Below, in pieces: positions 1-13,955 of a stretch of DNA of 64,000 bases. Within the stretch, counting starts at the first letter, position 1, and every line of letters begins with the position of its first letter. A program made the position numbers and the translations under genes. Below the pieces are notes generated by a model. That model saw nothing but the letters and a program-made list of their open reading frames with translations, ran no database searches and had not been told where the DNA came from. This stretch comes from Paramecium tetraurelia (Eukaryota): assembly GCA_000165425.1 (NCBI GenBank), contig CT868541.1, positions 1 through 64,000 of the forward strand, given 5' to 3'.

Positions 1-3000
1 AGATTCGTTTAAATAAAAATCTTAATTTAATTCTAAAGTTGTTTGTGAGATTTGACAAGTGAAAAGTTATTAATTTACCACTAATTCATTTCTACTATTC
101 TTTAATTTTATTGAAAGGTCATCAAAAAGATTCTAACTGATTTGTAATGAAGGAATATAAATTTTATACTAGTTGATTGCTTAGTCACTTGGGATCATCA
201 AATTTGAACTCATTTTACAAACTCCTTGCTCTAATATTTTATAAGGTTTAAGCAGAAGACTTCTAACAGTAATATTGTTAATTTAAAGTTCTTCTGATTA
301 CATTTCTTAAGAATTTATAAATAAGCTTAAATGGGTTGGAAATTCAAATATATTATTTGGATTTTATTTATCCCTGTTGAATTACAAGAATGTTCTAATA
401 AAATTCTCTTATATGATGTTAAATTCACCATAGAAATAAATTCCAGGCCCATTGCTTGCCTCATTATCTAAAATTATAGTATCTTACATCACCAAAGTTT
501 ATTGATTTATTTCTAGATCTAAAGCGCCTTAGGCAACATTACTATTATTTATGATTTTACAGTGTGTAATCCTTGTGGAAATGTTAGCTAAATGTAGGGC
601 TGCACCATCAGTACCACCAAAATTAGAAATAAAATTTGAATTCCAAATCCTTAAATTTTAATTTTATCCAATTTGTGATACAAAATTTAGGCACCCATAA
701 CTTTAAAGTATATTTGAATTACACATTAAGTCTCTTATTAATATTGAACTATAATTTTCCATATTTAAGTAAAATATTCCATTTGTGCAAATGATACAAT
801 CAATATTGGAAAAAAGGATATTTTCCAGGAAAAAAACTGTCTGATTTGAAATACTTTGAATGTCAATTATTGACCTCTGTCTCCAATTTTTGTATGCGAG
901 GGAAAAGAAATCTTAAAAATTGTAAATTATGGGGTTCTATAAGGTATATTCAACTTAATTGCAATCTAAGTTCATGTACTTAATTTTAGGATTGAAGATG
1001 ATTGGATCATCTGAATATTCCAATATTGTAAATTACTACAATTAGAAGAATTTAATTATTATGGTTTACTTAATCAATAAATCCTATTTTAATTCAAATA
1101 GACTGAATTAAGAAAATGATTTAACATCATACACCTTAAATTAATAAATAAATAGCTTTGAAATATTAATCAATTTAATTAAAGTAAAGCCAAAATATCC
1201 TTAAATATGAATATTTTACATAACAACTTTACAATTTTTTAATTGAATCAAGGCAATTGAAGTGCTAGATAAATCTTCTATTTCAGATTAGGTAATCATT
1301 TCAAGCTTTTTTAAATACTTAATCCAAATATCTTTGTCTTATTATATTGTCATATTTCTAATAATCACTTTATTTTAATTCATATTTTATGTTTAAGATT
1401 ATAAATTGATTATTGTATTCTTTAATGAAATCGAATTTATAATTTAGATATCTTAGAGATTTGGAACATTCTTCTTTAATGAAGGAAATATTGTAAAAAT
1501 TGATGATGCCATTCGATTGAAGATATTTTAAGATACTGCCTAAAGGATTTTTAAATTAAGTAAACTGCTAGATGAATCAATAGTAATACAACCTGTACTA
1601 TCTATTACTTAGGATAAATCATATTCTGTTGATCTTATCGTTAGATTTATAAATTAGATATCTCCAACTTCTTAAATCCTTATCTCAAATATCGAACTTT
1701 TTTATCCAATTATATCCTCAAATAAACAATTAAGGCAGAAAAAGGTTGACGCAGTAATTAGACCTGCTCCACCTTTGCTTTATATATTGAGAATTTATTA
1801 AATGATTAGATTGATTTGTTCCTAATCATATTAAGTCATGTCTATTGAGATATCATAATATAATTTCCATATTTCTTAGGGTAATACATTAAGGTTTTAA
1901 ATGGTATAATTTGTTAATCGGATTATTTTTGATTGAAAAGAGAGAAATGAATTTGAAGTATTCGTTAATGCATTATTCTAACAAGAAAAATTCGTAATCT
2001 CAATGGTTCCTGCCTGTGATATTATTGAGATTAACTTGATTGAAGATTCTAATGAAGTATCGACGTAAGAATGTATGAAATTTCTTACAAAAACTAAATT
2101 ATGCAATTTTATGTGAGATATTTATTCAGATTCTATTGTAATAAGAGAGCAAATACTGGTTAATGACTATTTTATTAATAAGTTTCCTATAAACTATAAA
2201 TTTGTCAATTGAAATATACTATTTTAAACTTATAAATTTTTTCTACTTGATAATATCCTCAACAATGATTAATCAATACTCAATTATTAGTAAATTTTAA
2301 TGTTTTCTATTACAATTGTATCGAAGCCAACGATAAAAAGGAGCTAATTTTGAACATAATAATTATATTGCGCACAATTTAAATTAAGACTGGCTTTATA
2401 ATTTATTTCAAGATTCTCATATACAATATTTGAAGCAAAGAATTTTTTAATTTCTAGAAGATAGAATATGAGGGAATTATTTGAATTAATAATCTTAATA
2501 TTCTCAACATTTAATTGGTAACAATGAATATTAAATGGAGTGATTTATTATTAATGATGGCGTACCTCCTTAATTCTTGCTGAAATTAGAAAGGCATTTT
2601 AATTATACATACAAATTTTCATTTTAAATAGTTTATTCGATGTATAAGAAAGTGGAGTTTTTGAAATCATTTTGATAAATTTATAAATTTTCAATCAACA
2701 CATTAATTTTTCTCATATTATCAACCTACATTGCAGCCAAAAAATAAGAATCAATAAATTTATTGTTATTAAATTAGGTCTAAAGCAAGGTTAAATTGGA
2801 GCTAAATCCTATTATGGTTGACATTTCTACCTAATTTTATTCAAAAATAAAGTTAATTATCTGAAGTTTAAAATGGTTAGTAGTATTTAAAAAATATGAG
2901 GACTAAAACTAGTTAGATGTTAATGTTATGCCATAGGCTACAAATTAGCTTTCAGAGATGAACTCTGTGAAGAAAGTGATAAATGAAGTATTTACAAATT

Positions 3001-6000
3001 AGCATGAATCAATAATTAATTTCTCAATCTAAATTTTGATTTGATTGTTAAAAAATACAAATAATTAAGAATTTGTAAAGTTGCAATATTGCAAAATCAT
3101 TTTTTCAATTTTTATTATTCCTGAATATTAATGCTATTTAAAATTAAAAAATGAAGAGTTTGAAAAATTTGAATCCATTATTTAAATATTCTTTAAAGTA
3201 ATATCTCCAAGTATATCTGAATCGAAAATAGAATTGACATTAGAAATTGAACTCTAATTAATCACAATGTTTGTTAATTATAGATACACTGACTAGTTTT
3301 TATTTTCAAGTTAAATATGATCATAATTTTTGAATTAGAAATGGGCATCATTTATTTCTATAAAGTCAAATCCTTAAAAAATAAAAAAATTAACCTCATT
3401 TTCATAAAAATTTATTACAAGCTTGATAACTCTTAAACTAAAAATTTCTGATTTCAATTCTGTCTTTTTCATAACATTATTATTAGAGTCAATCTCATTT
3501 TTCTTATTAAGAAGAATAGATAAATTAGTGATTCCTATTTAATTACAATATTAGACATTAACCTAAGAATCAATATCAAAATAATTAGCTATTTCAATAA
3601 TCATTTCTTAATTGCAATTTGAAGCAAAACAATATTTAGCAATTAAAAAGTATGGATCAATAAGGACATTTGGATTTGAAATTTTTCTGATACATTTGTT
3701 TGTATATTTCATGTTTAGTTCACTAAACTTAAAGTTTGGATTTAGATTCTAAAAATAATTAACTTTGATTACATAAATTTCTGTTTCCGATCTTCTTTCG
3801 CAAACTTCACATAATTCAGGACATTCTATACATTAGCCGTTTGCTTCCATACGAATTGGTTAATAGTATTTATTCAATGGGCATTTTACACAGGTAAAAT
3901 AATCAGAATTAATTGATAATTCGCATTTCAAACAATCAGAAGAGCAATACTTTTTGCATTAATAATAATCATTTAATTTGTACCCTTCCTTACATTCAAC
4001 TTAAAATTATATCACAGTTTAGTCATCATAAGGTCTTACGTAAAAATACTAGTTTGGTAGAAATTTCATCATAAAACTTTATATTCTCTAAACCCAAGCA
4101 TCAAAAGTTTATATCTCCCCCTCAATAACTACCTTTGCATCAGCTAATGAATTTTGATAACAGTCTCCTATATTTATAGAACTGGTAAATCCACTCTCAC
4201 AAATGATGCATTTTACTACAGATTACGGAGTCAAAAGACATTATAAACAGTTTTAGATAAACTTATCACAATTTATTATTTCTGGTGCAATAGTAAAATC
4301 AGAAGATGATAAAGTGCATATCTCTAAATTCTATTGGTTAATAAAAGAACTTAAGCAATTAGGCAAAGTTTATAATTTATAAATACATTATCCAATAGTA
4401 AAATCATAAATTAAATTTTCCTCGCAAAATGCACATCCAACAGATAAATTTTCATCTAGTTCAAATTTATCAAAGTCAGCATACAGAGTGCATTTTGATA
4501 AATCGTTCTTATTAAATTCAAAGCAATATTTGCAATTTTTCAGATGGCATTGCTTGCATTCTCCGACTGAATTTTTATATTTAGGGGAAACGCAGCTATT
4601 CTGCGTTTGAAATTCGAACCCACTTGTACAAATTCCATTTATTAATTTAAAAAAAGTTTCACATTAAATGCATTTTATTCCAGTAATTTCTATAGAACAA
4701 ATATTACAATTTGGTAAATTACATTCATAGCAAGTATTTTTGTAAAATGATGTATCAAAATTGGTTTTGCTTGTTTAGCAAAATTACTTAAATTTTGAAA
4801 CTAGAAGATTGAAATTTTTGTACATAGTATTAACATTTGGCAAAGATTATTAATCACAAAATCTACATATTGAAAATTCGAAACCATCAAAAATATAATA
4901 TTGATAATCCTCTTCAGATATTGTTTTTACTGTATTTCCATTTGTATTTATATAAAGTGTGGTTTAGCAATATGAGTTTTGCATCCATCCCTTGACATTT
5001 TTTATGCATTCTAGGCAAGTAGTTAATTAGTTAGTAATTATGGAAGGACTTAATATTATTAAATATTTACCATGCATAACATTAATCATCATACTCAAAA
5101 TACCCAAATTTACAACCATTTTCTATTTGTATTTGATTTATTGTTAGTTCTAAATCAGTATATGATTTACAATTCTATTTCACTTGATCATCATAATAAT
5201 AATGTGGGCATATACATGATTTATATTCTGATAGATATATTCTTGATGATTCTTCAGAGCACAACAAGCAATCTGTTTTTGTTGGACCATCACAATATTT
5301 ACAACTATAATGGCAAATTTTGTTGTTCTATTAAGGTTTTAACAATTATAAAAATATTAATTTCTAGCTTAAATATCAAGGTAATTTAAAAGAANNNNNN
5401 NNNNNNNNNNNNNNNNNNNNNNNNNNNNNNNNNNNNNNNNNNNNNNNNNNNNNNNNNNNNNNNNNNNNNNNNNNNNNNNNNNNNNNNNNNNNNNNNNNNN
5501 NNNNNNNNCATTGATTTCGGAGATTAAACAAAACAGAGTATTCATAAATATCATAAGAATCATAAAATTTAATAGAAATAAAGATTTAATCGTCTATTTA
5601 TTTAATGAGCAAATAATGCCAAAAAGTAAGCTTATGTAATATTTCAAACTCTTTTGAAATTTTAATATTAGTAAAATCTGATGTAATAGAAGGAAATTTA
5701 TAACTATAAGTGGTAATTACAATTTTATTATTATTAGAAGATATTTTATAGTTCAACTAAAAGGGCGATAAATTAGGATTAGAGAATTGTTTATTTTCAA
5801 AATTTGGTGATATTCTCAAAAATTAATAAGTAAACTAATCATCAATTTTATGAATTTGTTTGATTTTATACCAACCAGAAAATGTAAATGAATTAATGTT
5901 TATGTTTTAAGAGAGGAATAACTTCGTATCCAACCAAGTTATGTCTTGATCTAATAGTGAATATTAGCTATTTTCTTTGCACTGTTATTCAGATATTGTA

Positions 6001-6692
6001 TCAAAAAATAATACATATACTGCTTTTCCCAATATTTAAGAATCTAATTTTGTAACTATACTCTGACTTAATTTTAGTAATTTCATTTGCCCTGGAAAAT
6101 ATGAAAATTTTGATCCAACATCTATAGATTCTATGTTTGAATTTTGTACAAAAAGACCGCTTCCAACTGTTAAGATTAGATTTTCTGTTTTGATAATATT
6201 CACATCTAACACTTTATGCAATAGAAATTGATCTTCTTTGACCATGATTACTTCAAGTTTATTAGTGGATGGCATATAAAGTAATTCAAATAAATACCAA
6301 ACATTCTCATACTCAAATGGATCAATCTCCACTTTATGGACATCTTAGAATCCATCAGCAGTATTGTAGGCTAGAATCCTCTGAATTGATTAGCTTTCAG
6401 GGTAAAGGCAATCATAATATAATATTTCTAATTATTCGGAAGATTCCCTCATAAAGTTCATGTAATGGAAACAGTTGCTATCCATCATTCCAATAATTCC
6501 TCCTGATGATATCTTATTTAAGGGATTATACTTAGTCCAAATTCCAAAAACCAACCCAAAAGTGTTTGTACTTTCTTCGTTTAGTGCTAAGATTCTTTCT
6601 TTTGTTTAAAAGAAAGAATCGATTGAGAAGAGATATTACGAGTAAATTGTCTCTAAAAATGAAAGGAAAGGTAAAATGTAAAATTGTTTCAT
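1..6692 (-). CDS. Giant Cys-rich, signal-peptide-bearing surface/membrane protein (furin-like CxxC repeats, then a pectin-lyase-like/GGA region); 3' end lies beyond the window start
   Basis: ATG at 6692 gives MKQFYILPFLSFLETIYSQ...GIWTKYNPL...VEIDPFEYENVWYLFELL, matching ORF 6036-6332, when TAA/TAG are read as Gln. Many CxxC repeats at about 3800-5350. GGTDGAAL near 600 and LPSGQ near 380. Typical of an expanded Paramecium family. Interrupted by an N-gap. Confidence 0.75.
5395..5508. other. Assembly gap (114 N)
   Basis: Run of N bases inside the large CDS. Confidence 1.
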
Positions 6693-6950
6693 ATATATTA
6701 ATGACATTTTTAAGTTTTTTATATTGATTTGAATAAAAAATATTCAATATTAAATGTCATCTGTCTGAACTGCTTTGTTTATTGATAAATTAATTTGAGG
6801 AAATTTAAAATTAATTTCAATTGTATGCTTGCAAAAATGTCAAAACAATTAAGGATACATATAAATTTACTAAATTGTCTAATTACAAAGATAAAATAAT
6901 GCGATACCTGTTTTTGGGATTATTGAATAATTTTTTAGCGATAAAGTGAT

Positions 6951-8590
6951 ATGGATAATGGATCAATCTGGTTCGTAAAAATTATGAGTTTTTTTTCTAA
7001 TAATTCATTATTAAGTCATGTAGCTATAGAGCCAAAGCTTAGAAGGATAATAAGAAATCAGAATTAAGTTTAAAAGCTCGTGGACATTTATGTTTAAATT
7101 ATTAGGATTTGCTGAAGGTTTTGGAAGTGTTTGGAGATTTCAATATCATAAATATTGATTATAATAGCCAACTAGTTTTATTCAATACTGCAGGAGGAAC
7201 ATTTTTAATAACTACTTTATCTTGAATTTTCTTTGGCTATTCCATTTTCTTTTAGAAGTTAGTTTCGGATAATGTAAAGGAATTAGAATGCCTCCTTTAT
7301 TAGAATTAGAAAACTTAAATTAAAAGAAATTGGGTATCTTGGAATTAGAATCTAATTATGGCATATTCTTTAAGATATTTGTGAGAAGCATTCAAGTACC
7401 CAGATCCATGGTTGGAGAGCGTAATTGATAAAATAAACCCTTTTAAAGTGAAGAAACTTTTGCTAATCAATTGTTTAGATTTTCCGCATCCATAACTGAT
7501 TTAAGCTATTCAAGTTAAAATACAATAGATCGCATAATTTGGGTCTTCTTTTTGTTTATATAGTATTATTAATAATAGGATACTTTTGTCTAAAGTAATT
7601 ATTTATATTTTCATAATTAGAGAAGAAATTGTAACATCTGGAAAGTGGCAATAGTAACAGCAGCTTTTCCTTATATATTATTTGAGGTTCATGTGAAGGA
7701 ATTTAATATTTCTTTAAACCAAACTTTTTTAAATATTTATCACTCCGTTTTTGGGTTGATGCTGTTAATTAGGTAATATTTCAAATGAATTTTGGTTTGG
7801 CAAATCTATGCTTATATGACAGCTATGAGGAGGTAGATTCAGAAATATTTGAGGAAAAAGAGGTAGGAATTGAATGATCATAAATGGTTATGAATAGATT
7901 TTGTATTAAAGAGAATAAGTTATTTTTTTATTATATTTTTGATTTCTCTTAAATCTTAGAATGATCCTAACAATTATACCATAAAGGACATGTAAATACA
8001 CTGTTCTGAAGACTTATTTTCTCTATTTTTACAGCGATTATGTCTTTGAGCGAGAAAAAAAATGGTTCTGCTAAGAAAAGGCAGAATATGAAGATGTTGA
8101 TATTGTTAAGTGTTAAGCTGATAGAATGCTGACCTAATTGTATCTCGCGGTATTAAATGAAATTAGTGAAGGACAACAAATCCAGTAATTTCTATTAGTT
8201 CAATATTTCAGATATACCTCTCTGGTTTTATTTCTTACATCGATCATTTTATGTATTTGGTGATTAAGGAATACTAAATTCAAAGTAGGAGAAGATAATG
8301 AATGTTTTTGAGGAATCACAAAAGCTTTCCTTCTGGTAAAATATAACGAGCCAAAAATTGTAATGAAAGTTAAGTTTAGAACAAATATATGGCCCATGTA
8401 ATCCAATTAGCTATATTCTTTTAAATTTTCAAAATTAGAAATTTATTGTTTTTAATTTTATTAAAAATCTTGTTCTCGGATATCAATACAACATGCTTAA
8501 CGAAATGTAAGTCAAACATTGTTTTATAATAAGTCTTTGATAATTATAATCTGCTCTTATAATAAAGCAAATATTAGTAAAAGATCATTA
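6951..8590 (+). pseudogene. Decayed sodium:neurotransmitter symporter (SNF/SLC6 family)
   Basis: 7069-7150 reads FKSSWTFMFKLLGFAEGFGSVWRFQY (SNF TM1 motif GFAIGLGNVWRFPY), then NTAGGTFLI, and FWVDAVNQVIFQMNFG at about 7750. Frameshifts, in-frame TGAs and an apparently mutated splice donor near 7148. Ends approximate. Confidence 0.75.
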
Positions 8591-8739
8591 AAATTTTAAA
8601 ATAAATTCAGACCCTACATAGTTTATGATGAAAGGTTTTTTTCGGATTAAATCAATAAATATCCTTCTTAACAAAAATAGTTGTTTAAATAATAACTAAT
8701 AATTTTAAAACCTTGAATTAAGATTTGTATTAATTAAAT

Positions 8740-11330
8740 TATGATTATGATTAAATAAGTAGAGACTTCTAGTTGTTCTATTTGAAATAAAAGTATGATA
8801 TCGTACAAACAATAGAAGGGACATAAGAGCATTATGGTTCTCTATGGCATTTCAATTCTAACAAATTCTTAAAATTGAAATTCTAAACTACTTAAGAAAA
8901 TGGTAAGGTAATATATAAAAGAAGATGAATAAATATTAAGAGTGTAAAGGAATAAAATTATGAAATTTTAGAGAATCTAGACTACATTTAACATCTTTAA
9001 TGGACAGGAGAAGATGTTGGAGAAATGGTATTTTGAAGGGAAGAAATAAGAGATTTGGAAAGAGTCGATTAATAATTACAGAATGTATATTATATTCATT
9101 AATACTAACAGAAGGGCTTAAGTATTTTAAAGTGGCGAATACTTGAATAACTAGAGTAAGGGATATTGGAAATTTATATTTGAAGATGATGAAATGTAAC
9201 ATATAATTTATTATGATATTGTTATTTAGTGGAGGTGGATATTACAATGAATATGGTTTGAAATCTGGTAAAAGTTTATATCAGTAATCAAAATAATTAA
9301 AATTAATTAAAGCTAAAGCTAAATCACTTATGAAGGTGAATACTAAAATGGCGTTTTGAGAATCAATTGTCGCGAAATAGAAGCGAAACCAAAATACAAA
9401 TGTAGAGAAAATATATAATAAATATAAAGTGGCGGAGGTATGTATGTTGGGAAAGGCTTAAAATAGGGAAATTGGGTTGAGGTAAATGTTCATTTTAGTA
9501 GGTATGAATCTATTAGAAATTATAATTTTAGAGGAAGTTAAATTAAATTTAGTAGGCCTTATCTGAATGGCCAAAAATTTGGTCAACCGGATATATATTG
9601 TAGATATGATCAAAATAGACTTTTTGAGTTGATGTAAAAAGCTTCAAGATATATTAATACTAGAGTTGGAGGATTTTTTACTTAATAAGACAAAAAATTG
9701 ATTATTGGATTGAAATTGCAGAAAATTATTATAGTAAACATGAATTTTAACATTACTGAAATAGGGATGTATAATTTATTTTTAAAGGAAATTACAAGGA
9801 AGGAAAGAAATAGAGAAATGGGAGATCGGATATAGAAAACAATATTAAGATAAAATTCTTGCAATTTAAATTCAATAATTAAATATCTAAGATGGGAGAT
9901 AATGAAGGGGAAAAATTTTTGCATGGTAAGAACCAACCGAAAATTGTCATTTGTATAATTTATACATACATTGCGATTAATAGTTAAGTATTTGCCTTTT
10001 ATGAAGGGAAATATAGCTTGGGGAAAAAATTGTTAGGTGGAATATTGAAACAACGTAAGATTTAATAATGTAAATGAAAACATTATTTAATTTAGTTCTG
10101 GCGGTGGATTTTGTGACTAGCAAGGTAGAAATACCTGAAGACTATTTAAAGTAATTATATTTTTGATAAATAGATAAAATTAGTTTGAATTTAAGGAGAA
10201 TATGAATAAGTAAGAAAAATTGGAACTTGGAATATAAAATAAAATGATGTCATGTTAGTTTAATAATTAAATTTTTATAATTACTTTCAATATTGGTGAT
10301 TGCTATGATGAATAAAATTTGAAGAATGGATTATGGATAGACTTGGATGATAAATTTTCCAAGTAACCTAATAAAAATGTAATTGACATTAGTCACCACT
10401 AAGTTATTCATAGAGGTCAATAAAAAATGGAAGGAAAATAGGTTAATGGGATATTTTTGGATTGAAGGATATGATAATTATTTGATTATGTAAAATTGAT
10501 TTTAATTTTAATAAATCAAAAGAAGGGGAGGATAATTTGATGAAAGAAGTTTAAAAAATGGAAGATGGGTTGAGTTAGATATCAATCATAGTTGGTACAT
10601 TTTAGAATTGATTTGAATTTCAGTGATAATTAGCTCAAATATGAATGTGAATATAAAGGTGGGATTAAAGTAGGTAGATGCGATGTCTCATATAGAATTT
10701 CTAATGACGAAACATTCGAGTTGATGTAAGAAGATTGATATTAATAACATTTCGTGGTGGAGGAGAATATGACAACCAAGGGATAAAGGTGGGTAAATTG
10801 ACTACTTTAGCTTTAACCTTCTTAGAGTAAATTATTATCATTTATTCTTTCATTAAGTTTTTTCTAAGTGGTTGAGTAGAGAGAAATAAAAAATGGCTAA
10901 AAAGTTGGTAGATGGACAAATCATTATAGAGCTGGTTGCAATTAAAACTTTGAAGAAAATGTATATAATTCTTAGCTTAAGATATTTTTAGAGGAGGAGG
11001 GCATTATAATGAGCAGGGAAAGAAGGATGTAAGATGGACAGACATGTGTGAATCTCTTCCGATAAAACACCCATAAACCATATTTTGTGGAGAATACTAA
11101 AGGGGGGAAAAAATTGGCCTTCTGGGAATATATGGAATAATAAAAAATTGGAAATACAGTGATAATGAAGTATGGTCTTGAACAAAAGTATGAGTATTAT
11201 TTTGAGATTAAAATTACATAATTTCAAAAAACAAAAATTATTTTTCTTTATTAACAATATTTTATATAAACAAAATATAAAAAATACCTAGGCTTGATTA
11301 AAAGTATGGAAATACATATTTTATTTTTGA
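8740..11330 (+). pseudogene. Decayed Paramecium GGGxY(D/N)..G.KxGxW repeat gene (MORN-variant-like repeats) with two tiny introns per repeat
   Basis: Repeated GGGYYNEYGLKSGK, GGGMYVGKGLKQGNWVEV, GGGEYDNQGIKVGK and GGGHYNEQGKKDVRWTD units spaced about 200-240 nt apart. Several frameshifts and stops. Ends approximate. Confidence 0.65.
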
Positions 11331-11421
11331 ACAAAAAAAATAATGGTAGTGGTAGTTGTGCAAACTTTTTCTTATAAAATTCTCTAATATAAGATCAAAA
11401 GAAGATAAATAAAATTATATA

Positions 11422-13691
11422 TCAAATATAAGTTTCTAAAATTTCTTTGAGGCTTTCTTTATTAATTGGTTTTTCCAAATAATTTTGCATTCCAGCAGAT
11501 TAAGCCTCATATTTTGTCTACATATCACTGAATGCTGAACATGCTACAATTATAATATTAGGATTATAAATTTTAATTCTTCTTGTAGTTTCTAATCCTC
11601 CCATCTATGGCATATTTATATCCATTAAAATTAATCGATATTAACAATGCTAATTATTTCTCATTTAAACTAGATTGATTGCTTACATTCCACTATTAGC
11701 TAAATCAGTTTCATATCCTAGCATCTTAATCATGATTTTTAATGGAAACAAGTTTGCTGGTTCGTCGTCCACAAGTAGTAATTTACAACATTGGCATTCA
11801 TCCGATTGATGATTGGGTTTTGGGTCATCCTCAATTTTATCGCTCTCTTCCTATATTACAATTGCATTATCTTCTTAAACATCAGCAGGAAAGAACGCTT
11901 AATTTGAGGTTCTAGTATATGAACGTTTTTTGGGACTCACTCTTTTGAATTAAGATGGGCAGCTTTTTGAGTTTGATAAACTTGGCGGCGGTGGAATATT
12001 ATTGGTTTTTTAATGAAGAAACACTTTTTTTTCTAAGATTTGTATTGAGTTATTTTCGAATTAACTAGATGGAGACTCCAACAGATTGTATTTCCATACA
12101 TAAAACCAAAAATTACTACCTTCTCCCTACTTTGAACTAAATTATAAGAATTCCTTATTGGCCTATTTGAAGGATGACAATTCTTTAGTTAAGTAATTTG
12201 AATTTAACAATCCTAAGCCCAAACCTGCAGTTCCTTCTGAAATCTTGGAAGTTAAAATCAAATCGTTACTGAGCATTTATTTTATATTCTAGGATACACC
12301 CTCACTGATTCCTATACCTGAATCGAGAACCGAAAACTTAATTCTTTTTTCATCGTATTTTTCAGCAGTCACATATACTGCGCCATCTTAATTAGTATAT
12401 TTGATAGCATTTTATATTAAGTTCTACAATATCTACTTTATCCTCTGTTCATCTTATTTAAACCCTATTTTCACTTTATTAATCATGAACATAGATATTT
12501 GCTTTGCAATTGCTTACTATTTGAATAAGTGATGTAATTCATTAAATAATCCATCAATGTTAACATCAACAATTTCTAATTAAAATGTTTTACTCCTCAG
12601 TTAGTGAAAGTCTTTTAAGTCTTTAACCATATTATTCATAATAACACAACAATTGTAAATTAAATCAAACTGTTCTTTCATGTTTGGATTTTAGATTTAA
12701 CCATTTTAAGAAATTAGAGCAATTTAATTTAACAAAGTCCCGAATTCGTGACTAAATGATTAAAATAGTTTATTCATTAAGGCGAAACATGAATTCTTTT
12801 TGACGTATTTAGCGAATTCTTTTACATCTTCTAATTGCAGTGTAATGCCTTCTTTCGAAAAACGCACCTTAATTTAATAATACTCTAATTTAAGAATATT
12901 TGTTTTTATAATTAAAATGTCATCAGTTTTTTGAAGAATTAAGCATTTGTCAATCAATTAACGAAATGATATTCCTTTGATCTTCTAGTTTAGATTACGC
13001 TAGGTCTATTTATCTACTTTCAAGATATTAATTGAGTCCAATAAATTGAATTCTGAAATTTAGTCAGAAAATAATAAGTCCTTTAGAGAATTTGAAATAT
13101 ATTTAATGTCTAAGATTTAATTTTCGAGTATAATTGTATTTTAAGGATGTTAAGGCAATTCATCTACTGATAAGCTAGATTTAACTGAATTTTATTGGTT
13201 CAAAGGTAAAAACTCTATTCCACTGGATTGTTTTTTCAATGTGGGTAATTTGATAGCCCAATAAAAGTATGTTACAGATATAACAGTGAAAACACTCATT
13301 AAGTATGATTGGATTTCATTATTTTATGAATAAAAACAAATTATGGCTACTTGGACTAAGATAATTTCCTAATACTACTTAAGCAAGTGAGGATATTTAC
13401 AACCCATCTCTTTTGATCGTTTTATAAAAATAGTGCAAATCCCACAAAGGTTTGGAGCAACAAAAATTAATCACTTTATTTCGCAACTACACTAATGACA
13501 TTGATTGCTAATTGTGCATAGATATTTAAGTTTCTATTTCTTGCCAATAGCATAATTTATAATAAACTAATGCATATACATACGATTAACAATATCAAAC
13601 TAGATATTGAAGCTCTTCTACATTCTATGATCGCGTAAACAATCTAAAGAATATACAACCCTTATGTTGCTGAGGTTTTATGATTAATCAT
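11422..13691 (-). CDS. Membrane-bound hybrid histidine kinase (TM region, HisKA, HATPase, receiver), HK1
   Basis: N-terminal hydrophobic helices; H-box FSHEFGTLLN; N-box NLIQNAIKYT; DSGIGI; AGLGLGL; receiver LLVDDE...ILMDKNMP...ACSAF...KP; TGA at 11422-11424. Confidence 0.9.
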
Positions 13692-13955
13692 AATTAAATA
13701 TAATCACATTATTATCAAAATTTTTTGCTCCCCGTTAAGGAAGGATATTCATACTTTCTGCATAATTTAATTATTGAAAAATAATTCAATGACACAAATT
13801 AATTAAAAAACTAACATTCATTCCACAAATTTGGGGAAACACAAAAGAAATTTGTAGAAAAAATTTTCAAATATCAGAATTTGACTTTACTCAAATTAAA
13901 TGCTACCTAGTTAATGTTGCAAAGTGTAGTAAATAAGAATAATGAGTTAAGAGTA

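Noticed and set aside
9080..11050. Periodic repeats as a CRISPR-like array or transposon
   Set aside because: The units are divergent protein-coding repeats with spliceosomal introns. There are no identical direct repeats, TIRs or transposase.
13749..13763. ATG CAG AAA GTA TGA mini-ORF upstream of HK1, and a similar aaattATG at 16223 upstream of HK2, as regulatory uORFs
   Set aside because: They lie 70-120 nt upstream, probably outside the typically short 5' UTRs, and such motifs arise easily by chance in AT-rich DNA.
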